Shown here: one piece after another, positions 55,241 through 64,000 of the stretch
Numbering within the stretch: the stretch's first letter is position 1
How the letters are laid out: every line of letters starts with the position of its first letter
Assembly (NCBI RefSeq): GCF_000142905.1
Contig: NW_013657650.1
Span: 193,388 to 257,387, forward strand
Source: Thecamonas trahens ATCC 50062
Lineage: Eukaryota; Protista; Apusomonadida
Length of the DNA stretch: 64,000 bases
Direction: 5' to 3'
Notes under the pieces: generated by a model
Database searches by the model: none
What the model was told of the DNA's origin: nothing
Seen by the model: only the letters and a program-made list of their open reading frames with translations
Position numbers and translations under genes: made by a program

Positions 55241-57961
55241 ATGCAGTCCGAGCCCGTAAGCGCGTCCTCGTCGGTCCGGGTGGCCGTCCGCGTCCGCCCG
55301 CTCTCGGACCGCGAGGCGTCGATGGGCGGGACGGCGGTGATCCGGACAGAGGGCCAGACGGTCGTGGTTGAGCCGCCGCCATCGGCCACGTCGCTGGCAC
55401 CACCGCAGCGCTCGTTTACCTTTGACTACTGCTTCGACTCGCAGCCGACGGCCAAGGGAAAGCCGGCGTCACAGGCCGACGTCTTTACCGCCCTCGGCTC
55501 CGAGCTCATCCGCGACGCCTGGTCCGGCTACAACTGCTCGCTCTTTGCCTACGGTGTCACTGGTGCCGGCAAGTCGTACTCGATGATCGGAACGCATGAG
55601 GCTCGCGGCCTCATCCCGCGCATCTACTCGGCCCTCTTTGATTCGATGGTCGCCGCGTCGGCCAACTCACCGCAGGCCCAGTTCTCCATCGAGGTCTCGT
55701 TCTCGGAGATCTACAACGAGCGGGTTAAGGACTTGCTCAACCCGGCCATGGGCTCAGCTCTTCGCGTCCGCGAACATCCGGTCACCGGGCCGTATGTCGA
55801 GAACCTCTCGCGGGTCTCGGTCTCTGACCTCGACGCCCTCGATTCTGTCCTCGAGCAGGGCTTCGCCCTCCGCGCCACCGCCGCCACCAACATCAACGCC
55901 GGCTCCTCGCGCTCGCACGCCATCTTTACCATGGTCTTTACTCAGACCACCTTTGACCCAGCAACCAACACCATTGCCGACAAGGTCTCTAAGATCAATC
56001 TCGTCGACCTGGCCGGCTCGGAGCGCGTGGCGCTCTCTGGCGCCCAGGGCCAGCAGCTGAAGGAGGCCGGAACCATCAACAAGTCACTCTTCTACCTCTC
56101 CAAGGTCATTACCGAGCTCTCAGACGGCGCCCGCCACATCTCCTACCGCGAGTCGGTCCTCACCTGGCTCCTCAAGGAGTCGCTCGGCGGCAACGCCAAG
56201 ACCATCATGCTCGCCAACATCTCGCCCGCGGACACCGTGCTAGAGGAGACCATGTCGACTCTCCGCTACGCCGTCCGTGCCTCGTCCATCGTCAACGCAG
56301 CCGTTGTCAACGAGGATCCCACCGTCGCCCTCATCAACTCGCTCCGTTCCGAGATCGAGCGTCTGCGCTCGGCGCTTTCGGCATCAGGCAAGCCGGCCTC
56401 GCCGGGAGCTGCCGCCTCTGACGGCGCAGCCTCTACTGGTACGCCATTCAAACTCCACCGCGGTGACTTGTACTCGCCAGCCGCTCCGTCGCGCGAGCTC
56501 CAGCTCGACTACGCATCTCCGGTGGCGTCCATGGCACCCTCCACCTCAGCCTCGGACTTTGAGGAGATGCGCGCGTGGTCGCAGTCAATCCAGCGCCACT
56601 GCGATGACTCGAGGAACCTCATTCTCTCGCTCATGATGGCATCCAACGGGCCCGGTTCTGCTCCAGCTGCCGGCGAGGCCGCGAGTCCGCGCACCACAGG
56701 CGAGCACCCGGTCTCGCCGTCACTCGACCCAGCGCTCGCGGCTGCGCTGCACGACATGGAGGGTGGTGTGAGTGGTCCTGGCTCGGCAGCCATGGCCGCT
56801 GCCGGCAAGTGGTCGAAACTCGAGATCATCCGCGTGTATCAGCGCTCGCCGTTCTTCCGCAACGTCACGTCTGTTCTCGCCATGGACTCGGTCGCGCTGT
56901 TCTACATCTCGTCGTCGGGCGTGACTCAGCTCGGCTCGGAGCTCTCGGACGAGGATCCTGGCTCGATCCGCATTGTGGGCCCGGGTGTCCTACCCAAGCA
57001 CGCCACGCTCGTGTGCACTGCGCCACTTGGCGGTCCGTCGACCGTCCACCTCTGGCCGCTCCCGCTTGCGCACACGGCGGTCAACGGCAAGTCGGTTACG
57101 AGCGGGACACAGCTGACGTCAGGTGACGTTGTCCAGTTTGGCTCGGCGCTCAAGTTTGCTTTTCACGATGCGCCGCTCTTCCGCAGCTCGGCACAAGTGG
57201 CCGAGCTGCTCCATCCGTCTCCGCCACGGGTGACCCAAGCCCTGGCCGCGGCATGCTCACCCTCGTCGCCAACGTCCGAGTCATCTGAAGCGACGACGCC
57301 GCCAGTGGCATCGGCACCGCGTCCGCGGCCGGCAGCAACAGCAACCGCAGCCGCAGTTCCGACCTCGGCCGCGCGCACACCTGCGCGAGCAAGCCCGCAA
57401 GCCTCGGGCGAGCTGCCTCGCAAGGTCAAGCTCAAGATTGTGATGGCGGACCTCGGTGTGACGAGATCGGTCACGCTCCTGCCGACCACAACCGTGGAGG
57501 AGGTGTGCAAGCGAGCGGCCAAGCTGACACGGACCGGCACGCCGGGTGCTTTGTTTGTGCCGCGCGCCGGAAACAGCAGTGGCGAGCGGCTAGTCCTCCC
57601 TCACGAGTCACTCGAAGCAATCCGGGTCAGTGGCGCCCGGGTGGTGTACCGGTCGACAGCGCCCGTCGCAGTTCACCTTCCAGACAGCGCGGTAGTCCAA
57701 GTCGAGCTCACCGGATCCGGTACCGTGGCTGAGCTGGCCGACGGCGTAGCGGCACTGACTAGAGCCGCTTCGTCCGAGTTTAAGCTCTTCATGGAGCTGT
57801 CCGGTCGGCTGGCACCGCTGCTCGACACCGACATGCCGCTTGTCCTCCTCTCGGCCAACGCGCTGCAGCATCCGGGCTCCAAAACGCGCATCGTGCTCAA
57901 GCGCAAGCGGAGCAGCAAGGCGAGCGGCAAGCCGCCGCGGCCACGGCCGACACCGAGGTAG
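55241..57961 (+). CDS. Kinesin-3 family motor with an FHA-like domain and C-terminal ubiquitin-like segments
   Basis: VRVAVRVRP, FTFDYCF, FAYGVTGAGKSYSM, VREHPVTGPYVE, SSRSH, DLAGSER, YRESVLTWLLKESLGGNAKT and neck AVVNEDP. Confidence 0.93.
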   Translation: MQSEPVSASSSVRVAVRVRPLSDREASMGGTAVIRTEGQTVVVEPPPSATSLAPPQRSFTFDYCFDSQPTAKGKPASQADVFTALGSELIRDAWSGYNCSLFAYGVTGAGKSYSMIGTHEARGLIPRIYSALFDSMVAASANSPQAQFSIEVSFSEIYNERVKDLLNPAMGSALRVREHPVTGPYVENLSRVSVSDLDALDSVLEQGFALRATAATNINAGSSRSHAIFTMVFTQTTFDPATNTIADKVSKINLVDLAGSERVALSGAQGQQLKEAGTINKSLFYLSKVITELSDGARHISYRESVLTWLLKESLGGNAKTIMLANISPADTVLEETMSTLRYAVRASSIVNAAVVNEDPTVALINSLRSEIERLRSALSASGKPASPGAAASDGAASTGTPFKLHRGDLYSPAAPSRELQLDYASPVASMAPSTSASDFEEMRAWSQSIQRHCDDSRNLILSLMMASNGPGSAPAAGEAASPRTTGEHPVSPSLDPALAAALHDMEGGVSGPGSAAMAAAGKWSKLEIIRVYQRSPFFRNVTSVLAMDSVALFYISSSGVTQLGSELSDEDPGSIRIVGPGVLPKHATLVCTAPLGGPSTVHLWPLPLAHTAVNGKSVTSGTQLTSGDVVQFGSALKFAFHDAPLFRSSAQVAELLHPSPPRVTQALAAACSPSSPTSESSEATTPPVASAPRPRPAATATAAAVPTSAARTPARASPQASGELPRKVKLKIVMADLGVTRSVTLLPTTTVEEVCKRAAKLTRTGTPGALFVPRAGNSSGERLVLPHESLEAIRVSGARVVYRSTAPVAVHLPDSAVVQVELTGSGTVAELADGVAALTRAASSEFKLFMELSGRLAPLLDTDMPLVLLSANALQHPGSKTRIVLKRKRSSKASGKPPRPRPTPR

Positions 57962-57997
57962 GCCAATGACGTAAACCTGGTCCACGTTTACAACCAT

Positions 57998-59473
57998 TCA
58001 CGTTGCGGTCAGACCCTTTGCGCGCTTGGCGGGGCGGGCGTCGTCGTCGTCATCATCGTCTGCGGCGGTGGCGGCGGCAGCAGCAGCCGCAGCCGCAGCC
58101 GCGTCATCGCCGTCGTCGTCGTCGTCGTCATCGTTCCCACTCTCGCCGCCGCGGTCAAAGCGGCTTGTGGGCGCCGAGCCGGACTCGTAGTCATCACGTG
58201 AGCGCTTGAGCGGTGAGGTGCTCAGGGCCGTCCCGCCAAGATCGGAGAGGATGGCATCAATGGGCCTGCGGTGGCCGTCGTTGGACTCGCGGGCTTTCTT
58301 CTCCTGGACGAGCGCGCGTGCGGAGCGCGGGTCGTTGACGATGCGCTTGTTGACGACGTCAAAGCGGCGGGCGGTGAACCACGGGTTGCGCTGCGACGGG
58401 TCGCCGACAATGGTGGTCAGGTTGCGGCCCTTGGAAATCTGCTTGGAGATCTCGGGGAGGAGCGAGGTGACCCGAGCCATGACCTGGGCGTATGTGAGAG
58501 AGGGGTAGCGGGCGGCAATGTGCTCGCGGAGGATGATGACCTCCGAGGCGCAGTCGTAGCAGTGGCAAATGCCCGGGACACGGACCGGATGATCGTAGTA
58601 GTGGACACGAGTGACGGTGTTGAAGTAGAACATGCGCTCCTCGTAGTCCTTGTGATCCCAGTCGACCTTGGGCGCGTCGCGGGCCACAACCAGGCGAGTC
58701 TCGGTGGTGGTAATGGGGCCCCAGACCGGGAGATGGATGGCGCCATCAAGGTACTGGGTCGAGCCTGCGCCCCAGGGCAAGCGGAACTTGAGCATTGAGT
58801 AGCGTGGGCGGATGGCGTCGTGCCAGCCCTGCTGGCGGAGCTGATCCTCGTACACAGACTTTTCGACCTCCTCCTCGCCCATGACCTTCCAGTCTGCCGT
58901 CCGGATGTCAGAGACAAAGAGGACGTTGTCGCGGCCGGCGTACGTGGCGCAGATCTCGTCGGTGAAGAACTCCTGGTGGACGCCGATGCGCGGGTGGTCG
59001 CCGAGGCCGGGCACAAAGTCGGCCGGGTCGTACAGCTCGAACGAGAGGGCGGGGAACTGGTCGGCGAGCCAAGCGGTATGGGCGCCCGGCGCAGCGCCTG
59101 CGTAGACAACCACATCGCCTGGGCGTGCGTAGAGAGTGAGGAACTCGACCTCGGACATGAGCAGCTTGCGCTGGCCCCAGTGGTTGACCGTCTTGTACGA
59201 CTTGTTGCGCCGGCGGTAGGCCTCGCGCGGCGCATCCGGGGCGAGAATGCGGTCGAGCGACTCGAGCCCACGCATGGGCATGCGCCTGGCGTACATCTCC
59301 TTGCCCTGTCGCAAGTGGTAGTTGCTCGCCCATCCTGCTGCCCGCGCAGAGGCAGTCACATACGTCAGCGGCGCGTGCGGGTCGGCCGGCGGGACGGAGA
59401 GCCCGAGCCGGGCGGCGTCGCCCTCGAACGACTCGGCCGACTGGTACGCGTTTAGGCGTGACGAGTCGCGCAT
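57998..59473 (-). CDS. Cap-specific mRNA 2'-O-methyltransferase of the poxvirus VP39 / kinetoplastid MT48-MT57 family (PARP_regulatory-type)
   Basis: HWGQRKLLMSEVEFL, VVYAGAAPGAH, LYDP, LFVSDIR, SMLKFRLPW and TTTETRL contain the K-D-K-E tetrad, followed by YEERMFYFN. Confidence 0.9.
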   Translation of the reverse strand: MRDSSRLNAYQSAESFEGDAARLGLSVPPADPHAPLTYVTASARAAGWASNYHLRQGKEMYARRMPMRGLESLDRILAPDAPREAYRRRNKSYKTVNHWGQRKLLMSEVEFLTLYARPGDVVVYAGAAPGAHTAWLADQFPALSFELYDPADFVPGLGDHPRIGVHQEFFTDEICATYAGRDNVLFVSDIRTADWKVMGEEEVEKSVYEDQLRQQGWHDAIRPRYSMLKFRLPWGAGSTQYLDGAIHLPVWGPITTTETRLVVARDAPKVDWDHKDYEERMFYFNTVTRVHYYDHPVRVPGICHCYDCASEVIILREHIAARYPSLTYAQVMARVTSLLPEISKQISKGRNLTTIVGDPSQRNPWFTARRFDVVNKRIVNDPRSARALVQEKKARESNDGHRRPIDAILSDLGGTALSTSPLKRSRDDYESGSAPTSRFDRGGESGNDDDDDDDGDDAAAAAAAAAAATAADDDDDDDARPAKRAKGLTAT

Positions 59474-59742
59474 GGGGTGGGGGTTAGGGGCGGGGGTTGG
59501 GGTTGGGGTTTTGGGGGGGGGGGGGAGGGGGGAAAGGGGGGCGGGAGCGGTGGGGAGGGGGGAGGGCAGGAGCAGTTCGCCAGTCGGCCACCAGGTGGCA
59601 ACCGTGGCTGTGGCTGAGGCTGTGGGCGCGGGTGTGCTGTCGCCCGATCCGTCCGCCGTCACCCTCCCCTCCCTCTTTCCCTCCGCCCTCGCACACTGGC
59701 CCGGCCACACACCCGACTCCCTCCTTCCTTCTCGCTCGTACA

Positions 59743-61790
59743 ATGAGCGGCTATGGGTACGGCGACCGCGACCGCAACCGTGGCCGTGACCGCGGCTCCC
59801 GCCGCGACCGCGACCGTGGTGGCGACCGCGGCGGCGACCGGGGTGGCGACCGCGGCGGCGACCGGGGCGGTTACGGTGGCGACCGTGGGTACGACCGTGG
59901 AGCGCCTGCCGCTAGTGACCGCTGGCGTGGGGGCGACCGTGGGTACGGCGGCCCGGCGCGCGACCGCCAACGCGACCGTGAGCGCGGCCGGGGCGGGTAC
60001 GGTGGCGGTGGATACGGTGGCGGCGGGTACGGTGGCGGCGGGTACGGTGGCGGACGGCGGGCGCGGTCACGGTCACGCGAACGCGACGATCCGGCGCTGG
60101 CGCCGCCGGCGCCGATTGGAGGCCGGGCGCGGATGGAGCGATCGCTGTTGCCACCGATGCCGCCGCTTCCGCCTGCGCCGCGACGGCGGGCGGGCGGCCG
60201 CGGCGGCGGGCGGCGAAGTGCCGGCAGTGCTGGCGGGCGGCGCCGGGCTGGAGGCGCCGGCGGCAAGAGCCAGCCTGCCCCGCGGGTGGTGGTGCCTGTG
60301 GCGCAGGATCATCCGCTTGCGCGCGAGTTTGTGGAGCGGGTGTCTGTTGCAGATCCGACGTCCGAGATGGGCCGGATGCGGCGGGTGTATGCGCTGGCGG
60401 ACCGGCGCGAGCTCGGCGAGCACATGCAGCGGCTGGTGGCGGCGCGGGCGGCGCACTTTGCAGGCGTGGTGGCCAAGGCCGAGCTTAGCCTGGAGGTGCC
60501 GGGCGAGGACGAGGCACCGCGGGCATCGATGCTCGAGCTGCACTGGGCGGGCACCCCGCACTTGTACGCAGTCCAGTCGTCGTCGTTTGTCTCGAGCCTG
60601 GTCTCGGTCGAGCGTGTGCTGGAAGAGCTGGAGCAGGTCGACGGCGTGCTTGACGTCGCGCTACTGCCGTCGGACATCTCGGCGCAGGCTGCGGTGGAGG
60701 AGTTTGATGCCGTCAGTGCGCCGCCGCCGGCGCGCCGCCGCCGCCGGTCCGCAACATCCACGCCTCGTACCTGGTCGTGCTGACGGGCTCAATCGAGGCT
60801 GCGCGCGGAGTCATGGTGTGCCTGGACAACAAGGTCTTTGCTCCGCGCAACAACGAGGACACATCGTCGTTCCTCCTCCGCATGGGCTCGGACCCGAGCG
60901 CCGCCGACGAGTATCAGCTTGTCGTGCCGCCGCTTGCCTACCGCCGCCTCGCCGCTGCCGCCCCGCCGTCGGCCGACGCTACCGCGGAGCTGCTGGTCCA
61001 GCTGCGGGCCGCCGCCGATGCATACGACACCGCCGCCAGTCTCGAGCCGATCACCCGTGTTCTGGCCGAGAGCGGCGTCGCCGTCACTCACTCTCTCCTC
61101 CTTGGCTACCTCCGGTTTGTCCACGGCTTCTGCGCCCTGTGCGAGGCCGGTCCTGTGGCGCTCGGCCCGTTGCACCTCCTGGGCTCGTGCGGAACCGGGC
61201 ACGGGTGGTGTGCTGCGGTTGAGAACGCAGTCTTGACCCATTCCCGCGGCGGCGAGTGGACGCCGTACGGCCGCCTGGTGGCGCGGCTGAGCCGCGCCGC
61301 TGCTGAGCCGACTCTGGCGTATAGCGCCGGCGTCTCCGCCGCGGCTGCCGCTGCCGCCGAGTCCATCGCCTCAGCAGCGGCCTCGGCCGCCAGCCTCTAC
61401 GAGGTCTCCAAGTCGGGCAAGGTCAAGTGCCTCGAGTGCGGCAAGCGTTTCCGGACCGTGGGCCACGTGCTCAAGCATCTCACTGGCCGGCATGACAAGG
61501 ATCTCGACGTCAAGGACTTTGAGGCCAAGGCCCAGCTCTCCGCCAACCTGTGGCACGGCGAGCCGGAGCTGGCCTACGAGCTCGGCCGCCTGGCGCAAGC
61601 CCGCGGCGTTCCGGTCCCCGATCCTGGCCTTGCCGCTGTCGCCGCCATCCATGCTGCCGAGGCCGAGGCTGCGGCAAAGGGTACGACCGCCGCTCCCATG
61701 GACGAGGGCAAGGCTAAGAGCGAAGGCCCGGCTCCAATGGACGACAAAGCTGGGGACGATGCGCCGGCGCCCGGATCCGACCAAGAGTAA
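59743..61790 (+). CDS. SRRT: Ars2/SERRATE-like RNA effector (divergent); frameshift near 60730
   Basis: RD/RGG/GGY-rich N-terminus, LLLGYLRFVHGFC (similar to Ars2 LLLYLRIVHS) and C2H2-type finger KVKCLECGKRFRTVGHVLKHLTGRH. Confidence 0.65.
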
Positions 61791-61920
61791 ATCAGTGAAT
61801 CGTCACCTGATGCGGGTTTTCCATTTTGGACTCGAGCCGAACGAGCCGGTTCGAAGACGGCAACTACCCCTCGCCGCATCCGCCGCCCCACCCACACGCC
61901 CCACGCCCACAGTTGTACAC

Positions 61921-63462
61921 ATGGCCCGCCGATCGCGCCGCAAGCTCCAGCGGCGTGCCGAGGCGCGCAGGGCCCGAAAGGAAGCAGAAGACGGGGCCAG
62001 CAGCGACAGCGAGCCCGAGATGGTGGCCAAGTCGGCCAAGACGGAGCGGCGACGTGCGCAGAAGAAGTCAGTCCTCAAGCTGCAGTGCAGCCTTTGCGGC
62101 GAATGCTACCGGCTTACCGAGTACATTGCCACGCAGCGCAAGGCCGAGGCACCGGTGTGCAACCTATGCCTGTGCGCACGCGCCGAGGAGCAAGCGGCGA
62201 GCCCCGGAGTCCGGCGGGAGCTGCACCAGGCATGCACGCTTCTGGCGGCTATCGATCGGCGGGCGATCCGCGGGCGCAAGGGCATGTCGACGCTCTCCGA
62301 TGGCTCAGTCGACTACATTCCAGGGCTCATGCTTCCGCTTGGAGCGCTGCCGCATAGCAAGCGCGACGTGCTGCTGCGTTGGAAGAGTGGGCCGTCGCCG
62401 CGCGCCGCGCTCGACGCCATTCATCGCATCTACCGCGCCGTCGAGTCGTACGACGATCTGCTCTTTCGGCTCGAGCGCAATCCGCGGCTGGCGGTCTCAC
62501 TCTACTGGTGGAGTCACGGCGCAACGACCCGGGTTGAGTACCTCGACGCGCTGCAGCGGCTGGCGATCCGCAAGAAGACCTGGATCGAGCGCTGTGCCGA
62601 CGACGCCGAGGCCTCGATCGCCGCCGCTGCTGCGTCGCTGTTTTTCTCCGACACATGCGACGCGGTATGGGTTGTCGTCGACATTATGCACCATGCTGCG
62701 TCCGACAAGGCACTCAACGTGGTGGCGCATCCTGCCTGGCCGTCAGCAGACGGCATCACCGCTCTGGATCTGATGACGCTCTCCGACTCGGAGCCGATGA
62801 ACTCGCTTCTGGCCCGAACCCTCACTGGCGACAACCGGGTGTCGTTGCAGCCAATTGCGCTCCGGCTCCCACGCTCGCTTCCTCTCTACATGGTTTACGC
62901 CTTGCTACAAACCAGGATCATGCCGTTGATTACCGGAAAGCTAGTGTCGCGGACTGTCGACTGGCGGTTGGCGTCGTCATATCCGCCGCTCGCACCGGCC
63001 TTTCTCGCTCTCTCGCCCACAGCCGGCCCAACTGGCGGCCATGCAGCAGCGCTTGCCGAGGCACTGGCGACGGCCGAGGCCTTGATGAGCAGCGAGCGTG
63101 AGGCGGAGCGTGCCATGGACGGCCTCACCGACGACGCGCGCGCCGCCCTGCCTGTCACGCTGGAAAGCAGCAGCAATCCTCAGGTTCTGGTGTGGAACGA
63201 CACGCTCGATACAGCTCTCACGCTCACCATGTTTGATGTCAAGACCGCTCTTGGCGACGCTGGCCTCGTCTCCTGGCAATCCGCTGCCGAGACTGCACAT
63301 CGAACGGCCACAGTCGTGCCGCGGCAGGCAACCCAGCTCGCGCACAAGAGCTCAACCTCGTTGCACCTTGTCGTGAACAGCAAGGCTATGTGGGTTGTTC
63401 CGCAGTTCAAAGTTGGGCGCGAGGTCGATGCACCCCTGGATCTAGCGCAAAGTTGGACATGA
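61921..63462 (+). CDS. Hypothetical protein with a basic N-terminus and a C4 zinc finger resembling the Stc1 domain
   Basis: LQCSLCGECYRLTEYIATQRKAEAPVCNLC in a long ORF. Confidence 0.6.
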   Translation: MARRSRRKLQRRAEARRARKEAEDGASSDSEPEMVAKSAKTERRRAQKKSVLKLQCSLCGECYRLTEYIATQRKAEAPVCNLCLCARAEEQAASPGVRRELHQACTLLAAIDRRAIRGRKGMSTLSDGSVDYIPGLMLPLGALPHSKRDVLLRWKSGPSPRAALDAIHRIYRAVESYDDLLFRLERNPRLAVSLYWWSHGATTRVEYLDALQRLAIRKKTWIERCADDAEASIAAAAASLFFSDTCDAVWVVVDIMHHAASDKALNVVAHPAWPSADGITALDLMTLSDSEPMNSLLARTLTGDNRVSLQPIALRLPRSLPLYMVYALLQTRIMPLITGKLVSRTVDWRLASSYPPLAPAFLALSPTAGPTGGHAAALAEALATAEALMSSEREAERAMDGLTDDARAALPVTLESSSNPQVLVWNDTLDTALTLTMFDVKTALGDAGLVSWQSAAETAHRTATVVPRQATQLAHKSSTSLHLVVNSKAMWVVPQFKVGREVDAPLDLAQSWT

Positions 63463-63480
63463 CGTCCCGAGCATCAAACA

Positions 63481-64000
63481 CTACGCCTTGAGCTCATAGA
63501 TGAGGACACACGCGTTTGAGACCGAGACAACAGGGCAGGCACAGGCGTGACGTCAAGGTCGAGGACGCGAAAGTACTCGCCAGGCTTGGAAGCTGGGGCG
63601 ATGGTCACGGCGTAGGTGCCTGAGGCCTGACCGGCCTCACGCTCGTGAGTGATGGCGGCAAGAAGCGCATAGGTGGTGGCAGAGTTGGCGACAGCAGCGG
63701 CCGGCGCGAGGTACGGCGCCATGTCGAGGTTGTCGAGCGGAAAGTTGACGACGGTGGCATTGGCGGAAGTGTCCGGAAGCGCGGCAGATGCCGCTGAAGG
63801 AGGAGGCGGCGCTGTGACCGACGCGCCCGACGCACCCGATGCGCCCGAGCCAGCGGCGTCCGAGCGGTCGAGGTGAAGAACCAAGAACCGCGGGAGGCCG
63901 TCCTGCGGAATGATGTACTTGCGGCGGCGGGCGCCGATGTGGGTCGGCGTCACCCCGTCGTACTTTGCAAGCAACTGCGCGAGAGATACCTGGTGAGCCA
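63481..64000 (-). CDS. USP39: USP39/Sad1-like tri-snRNP pseudo-deubiquitinase, 3' part only; frameshift near 63530
   Basis: QVSLAQLLAKYDG, LPRFLVLHLDR, NATVVNFPLDNLDM, YALLAAITHE, GTY and DLDV. The shifted frame ends VSNACVLIYELKA. Confidence 0.8.

Noticed and set aside
36-63974. Many long antisense or alternate-frame ORFs (for example 36-1265, 7330-8571, 29837-31462, 31432-32937, 34180-35391, 46328-48397)
   Set aside because: They are shadow ORFs caused by high GC and codon bias opposite well-supported genes, and contain no motifs.

Overview
GC-rich, gene-dense, intron-poor eukaryotic nuclear DNA with several N gaps. About 31 protein genes are packed with very short spacers, and the few introns are GT-AG (mostly GTACGY donors) near gene 5' ends. 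LRRC23, MED1, a WASP-type CRIB/VCA protein, a kinesin-3 and an F-BAR protein suggest a flagellated protist of the Amorphea, possibly an apusomonad such as Thecamonas (inference only). Recognisable genes include DCP2, LRRC23, poly(A) polymerase, an AGC kinase, a ZIP transporter, MED1, TM9SF, an MFS transporter, an M20 peptidase, RABGGTB, eEF1B-gamma, SAM synthetase, PLD3-like, OSBP, GPAT, kinesin-3, Ars2/SERRATE and USP39/Sad1. The most interesting observations are: (1) a poxvirus VP39/kinetoplastid-type cap 2'-O-methyltransferase head-to-head with Ars2, followed by an Stc1-like Zn-finger gene and USP39; (2) a cryptic COG1833/DUF123-like GIY-YIG nuclease domain in an orphan ORF; (3) an SH3-CRIB-polyPro-VCA WASP variant lacking WH1; (4) a SAM synthetase intron whose 3' splice site lies in a hairpin loop resembling METTL16 substrates, with an upstream alternative acceptor that would give a premature stop; (5) a permuted papain/LRAT-like tail-anchored protein; (6) a two-domain deaminase missing a Zn ligand; (7) an array of about 40 acidic repeats; and (8) seven frameshifts that are all single-base deletions, most likely sequencing undercalls. 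No tRNA, rRNA, CRISPR array or intact transposon was recognised. All family calls come from motif recognition, not database searches.
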